A stretch of 45,025 bases of DNA. It comes from Desulfomonile tiedjei. GTDB lineage: Bacteria; Desulfobacterota; Desulfomonilia; Desulfomonilales; Desulfomonilaceae. Made by a program: the position numbers and the translations under genes. How positions within the stretch are numbered: the stretch's first letter is position 1; every line of letters begins with the position of its first letter. A model generated the notes under the pieces. It saw nothing but the letters and a program-made list of their open reading frames with translations. It was not told where the DNA came from and made no database searches. Below are positions 43,162 to 45,025 of the stretch, one piece after another. Where the stretch lies: NCBI GenBank assembly GCA_020722215.1, contig DYLG01000001.1, positions 1 to 45,025 on the forward strand. The letters run 5' to 3'.

Positions 43162-45025
43162 CTATTGATCTACGGTCCCGTTTCGGGGCACATGCACCGT
43201 GACCCTTTTCAATGCCGACAGAAGCGTTGCGAAAAGCGGATGTCGATCCAGGACTTCCCCATGGCCCACGATGATCAGTTTTGAGCGGGCACGGCTCAGC
43301 GAAACATTGAGACGCTTGCGATCCGCGAGAAAGGAGGTCACCTCGTCGGATCGCGCCAAAGAGAGAATGATGACCTCTTTCTCACCGCCTTGGAATCGAT
43401 CCACAGTATCCACCGTCGTCAACGGAGCCGCGCCGGGCCCGTCCCAGAGATGCTTCCGAATCAATGCCTGCTGCATCCTGTATGGAGTGATCACTCCCAC
43501 CTCACCTGCGGGGACGCCGCCGGCAAGAAGTTCTTTAACGATTCCCGCCACTACCAGAGCCTCCTCGGGCCGGCATTTTCCGCTGTCGGGGCCGGGAACG
43601 TCCACGAAAACAGCCGGCACTTGGGGATCAAGTATTTCGGCAAGGTCCTTGTTCTTGAATGCGGGCGGATTCGCTCGAAGACGCCGGCGCCTGGTCTCCG
43701 GCGACGGACGAAGCGTTCCGTTATAGAAGACGCTGGAGGCTATGTCCTGGATCTCCTCGTTCATCCTATACTGGATTGTCAGCCTCGAAATGTTTTCAGG
43801 CGGGCTTGTTGCCAATAGACGCTCGAACAGAGACCGCTCCAAGCCCGGCTCCATTTCGTCGCCTCCAACCGGCCTTCGGACGATGGGCGGGAGCTGCAGG
43901 TGGTCGCCGCACAGCACGAACTTGGACGCGCAAGTAAGAGGGCCCAGCGTGGAGGGTTCGTCAAGCTGGCCGGCCTCGTCCACGATTACTCGATCGAACT
44001 TCTGCCGCAGGAAGAAGGGGTGCGACATGCACCTGAATGCCGTAGCGGCAGCAAGTTTGGTATTGCGGACCCGACTGCGCAACCTGGCGAAATTCTTCTC
44101 TTGCGCGCACAACTCGCCCAGGAAAAGCGGCGGATCTCCCAACCTCCTCGAGGCCTCAAGGAATTCCTCGGAGGACGCGGACCTCAGCCCGATGCGGAGA
44201 AATTCGGTAACCCCCAGATCCATCACGGAAATCAACACGCGGTCCAGCGCCACATTGGTCGGGCATGCCACCAGTACGCGCTCGCCCCTGTCAAGGCATA
44301 ATCGGATGAGCCTGGCCAAAACCCTGGTCTTGCCGGTGCCGGGCGGCCCGTGGATAAGGTGGTATGTCGTGCACCCGAGCGCATTGCGTATGGCCGCCTC
44401 CTGGTCCTCATTCAGCTCGCTCGACAGCCCTTCGGAGAAGCAAAGGTCCTCGTATTCAAGCGCCTTCGCTCCCGATCCATTCGGAGTGGTGGACGATTGG
44501 ACGCCCGGGCTCGAAGGTGCACCCTGTGCCGAGCCGCCGCAGCGCGAGCCCGCTTCCGCATCCGCCTGTCTGTGCTCTCCGCGGACCACTACGTCCACCA
44601 CCGCCGCCGCCGCTGCCGCCAGAAAATGGTACAGGGCCGTTCGGGATGCCTCAAGAGCGCGGGTAAAAGGGATGCGGTCCAGAAACCGTGGTCGGGGTTC
44701 CTCAACGGTCTCGGAAGCACAGGCGAGGCTGTCGTCCTTCGTCAACTGTCCCGGAGGGCACTTCATCCGTATTCTGACCCTGCCGCCGTCCGAGGAAATT
44801 ACGTTGGCTCTCATGGAATCGGCCGAACAAGGGTCTCCGCCATGGAGGATCACCTGCTCGCCCGGCCCCAACTCCTGTGAATGATCCGCGAAGGCAAGCT
44901 CTGATAGAACCCAACCGTTTCCGTCAACATTTTCGGGGACTGCGTCTACAAAGCTCTCCAGGACCGGCAAGGTCACGCCCTTGTCCAATCTGTCGGTGAG
45001 GGTGCGCGGATCAAGAACCCGGGCA
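43162..45025 (-). CDS. Superfamily 1 helicase, Upf1/Dna2/NAM7-like (AAA_11/AAA_12 type); the 5' end probably lies outside the window
   Basis: Walker A HGPPGTGKT. Motif II VIVDEAGQ. LCGDHLQLPP. TIQYRMN. TVDRFQGGEKEVIILS. NVSLSRARSKLIIVG. The listed start 44988 is a TTG, and the frame stays open to the window edge (...ARVLDPRTLTDR-LDKGV...). Confidence 0.85.
   Translation of the reverse strand, partial: ARVLDPRTLTDRLDKGVTLPVLESFVDAVPENVDGNGWVLSELAFADHSQELGPGEQVILHGGDPCSADSMRANVISSDGGRVRIRMKCPPGQLTKDDSLACASETVEEPRPRFLDRIPFTRALEASRTALYHFLAAAAAAVVDVVVRGEHRQADAEAGSRCGGSAQGAPSSPGVQSSTTPNGSGAKALEYEDLCFSEGLSSELNEDQEAAIRNALGCTTYHLIHGPPGTGKTRVLARLIRLCLDRGERVLVACPTNVALDRVLISVMDLGVTEFLRIGLRSASSEEFLEASRRLGDPPLFLGELCAQEKNFARLRSRVRNTKLAAATAFRCMSHPFFLRQKFDRVIVDEAGQLDEPSTLGPLTCASKFVLCGDHLQLPPIVRRPVGGDEMEPGLERSLFERLLATSPPENISRLTIQYRMNEEIQDIASSVFYNGTLRPSPETRRRRLRANPPAFKNKDLAEILDPQVPAVFVDVPGPDSGKCRPEEALVVAGIVKELLAGGVPAGEVGVITPYRMQQALIRKHLWDGPGAAPLTTVDTVDRFQGGEKEVIILSLARSDEVTSFLADRKRLNVSLSRARSKLIIVGHGEVLDRHPLFATLLSALKRVTVHVPRNGTVDQ

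Noticed and set aside
43742-44884. 380-aa plus-strand ORF
   Set aside because: It is antisense to the SF1 helicase, whose motifs are unambiguous. Ser/Arg/Pro-rich shadow ORF. The same reasoning applies to 5248..5997(-), 39533..40354(+), 41549..42166(+), 42173..43033(+), 27801..28742(-), 24249..25061(-) and 19475..20389(+).
1-45025. Search for CRISPR arrays, tRNA/rRNA/tmRNA genes, transposases, integrases, and phage or classical defence genes
   Set aside because: None were seen:
- no regularly spaced direct repeats
- no tRNA-like T-arm/acceptor patterns in the intergenic regions inspected
- no ORF with transposase, integrase, restriction, Cas or abortive-infection motifs

The only tandem repeat is the coding Pro/Gln repeat at 29655-29720.

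Overview
GC-rich 45-kb chromosomal window. The gene content (two sigma-54 activators, multi-PAS hybrid kinases, fused isobutyryl-CoA mutase IcmF, a GlcD/GlcF-type oxidoreductase, a three-subunit Mo-hydroxylase) looks like an anaerobic deltaproteobacterium-type genome (Thermodesulfobacteriota / Syntrophobacterales-like). That taxonomic guess is inference only.

About 30 protein genes are supportable:
- coxMSL-like Mo-hydroxylase operon followed by a NifS-like PLP enzyme and a DmpA/S58 peptidase
- a decayed DUF4160/DUF2442 pair
- a broken multi-PAS hybrid histidine kinase
- HtrA
- two distantly related outer-membrane barrel candidates
- an orphan two-gene acidic-protein operon
- a parvulin PPIase
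- a PAS/sigma-54 activator
- a truncated 7TMR-DISMED2 receptor fragment
- GlcD/GlcF-like genes
- an EF-G II paralog
- an MFS transporter
- a histidine kinase plus NtrC-type pair followed by an L,D-transpeptidase, a lipoprotein and a DUF3108 gene
- a CCA/poly(A) nucleotidyltransferase
- a small B12-binding protein plus IcmF
- CinA, DNA polymerase I, and a partial Upf1/Dna2-like SF1 helicase

I saw no rRNA, tRNA, CRISPR array, transposase, integrase or phage gene. I did not find a convincing novel multi-gene defence or mobile system; the window is mostly core and housekeeping.

The most unusual points:
1. Two in-frame TAG codons 0.8 kb apart in unrelated genes, both where a conserved aromatic residue is expected. 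One of them unmasks a gene absent from the ORF track.
2. A frame break or deletion inside the PAS kinase, and a truncated receptor followed by 0.5 kb of non-coding DNA with a 17-bp perfect inverted repeat.
3. An orphan acidic two-gene operon with its own promoter and terminator.
4. A stand-alone B12-binding protein co-transcribed with IcmF, which already carries its own B12 domain.
5. A NifS-like gene attached to the Mo-hydroxylase operon, with no XdhC in the window.
6. A REP-like GC-rich palindrome family placed at gene 3' ends.
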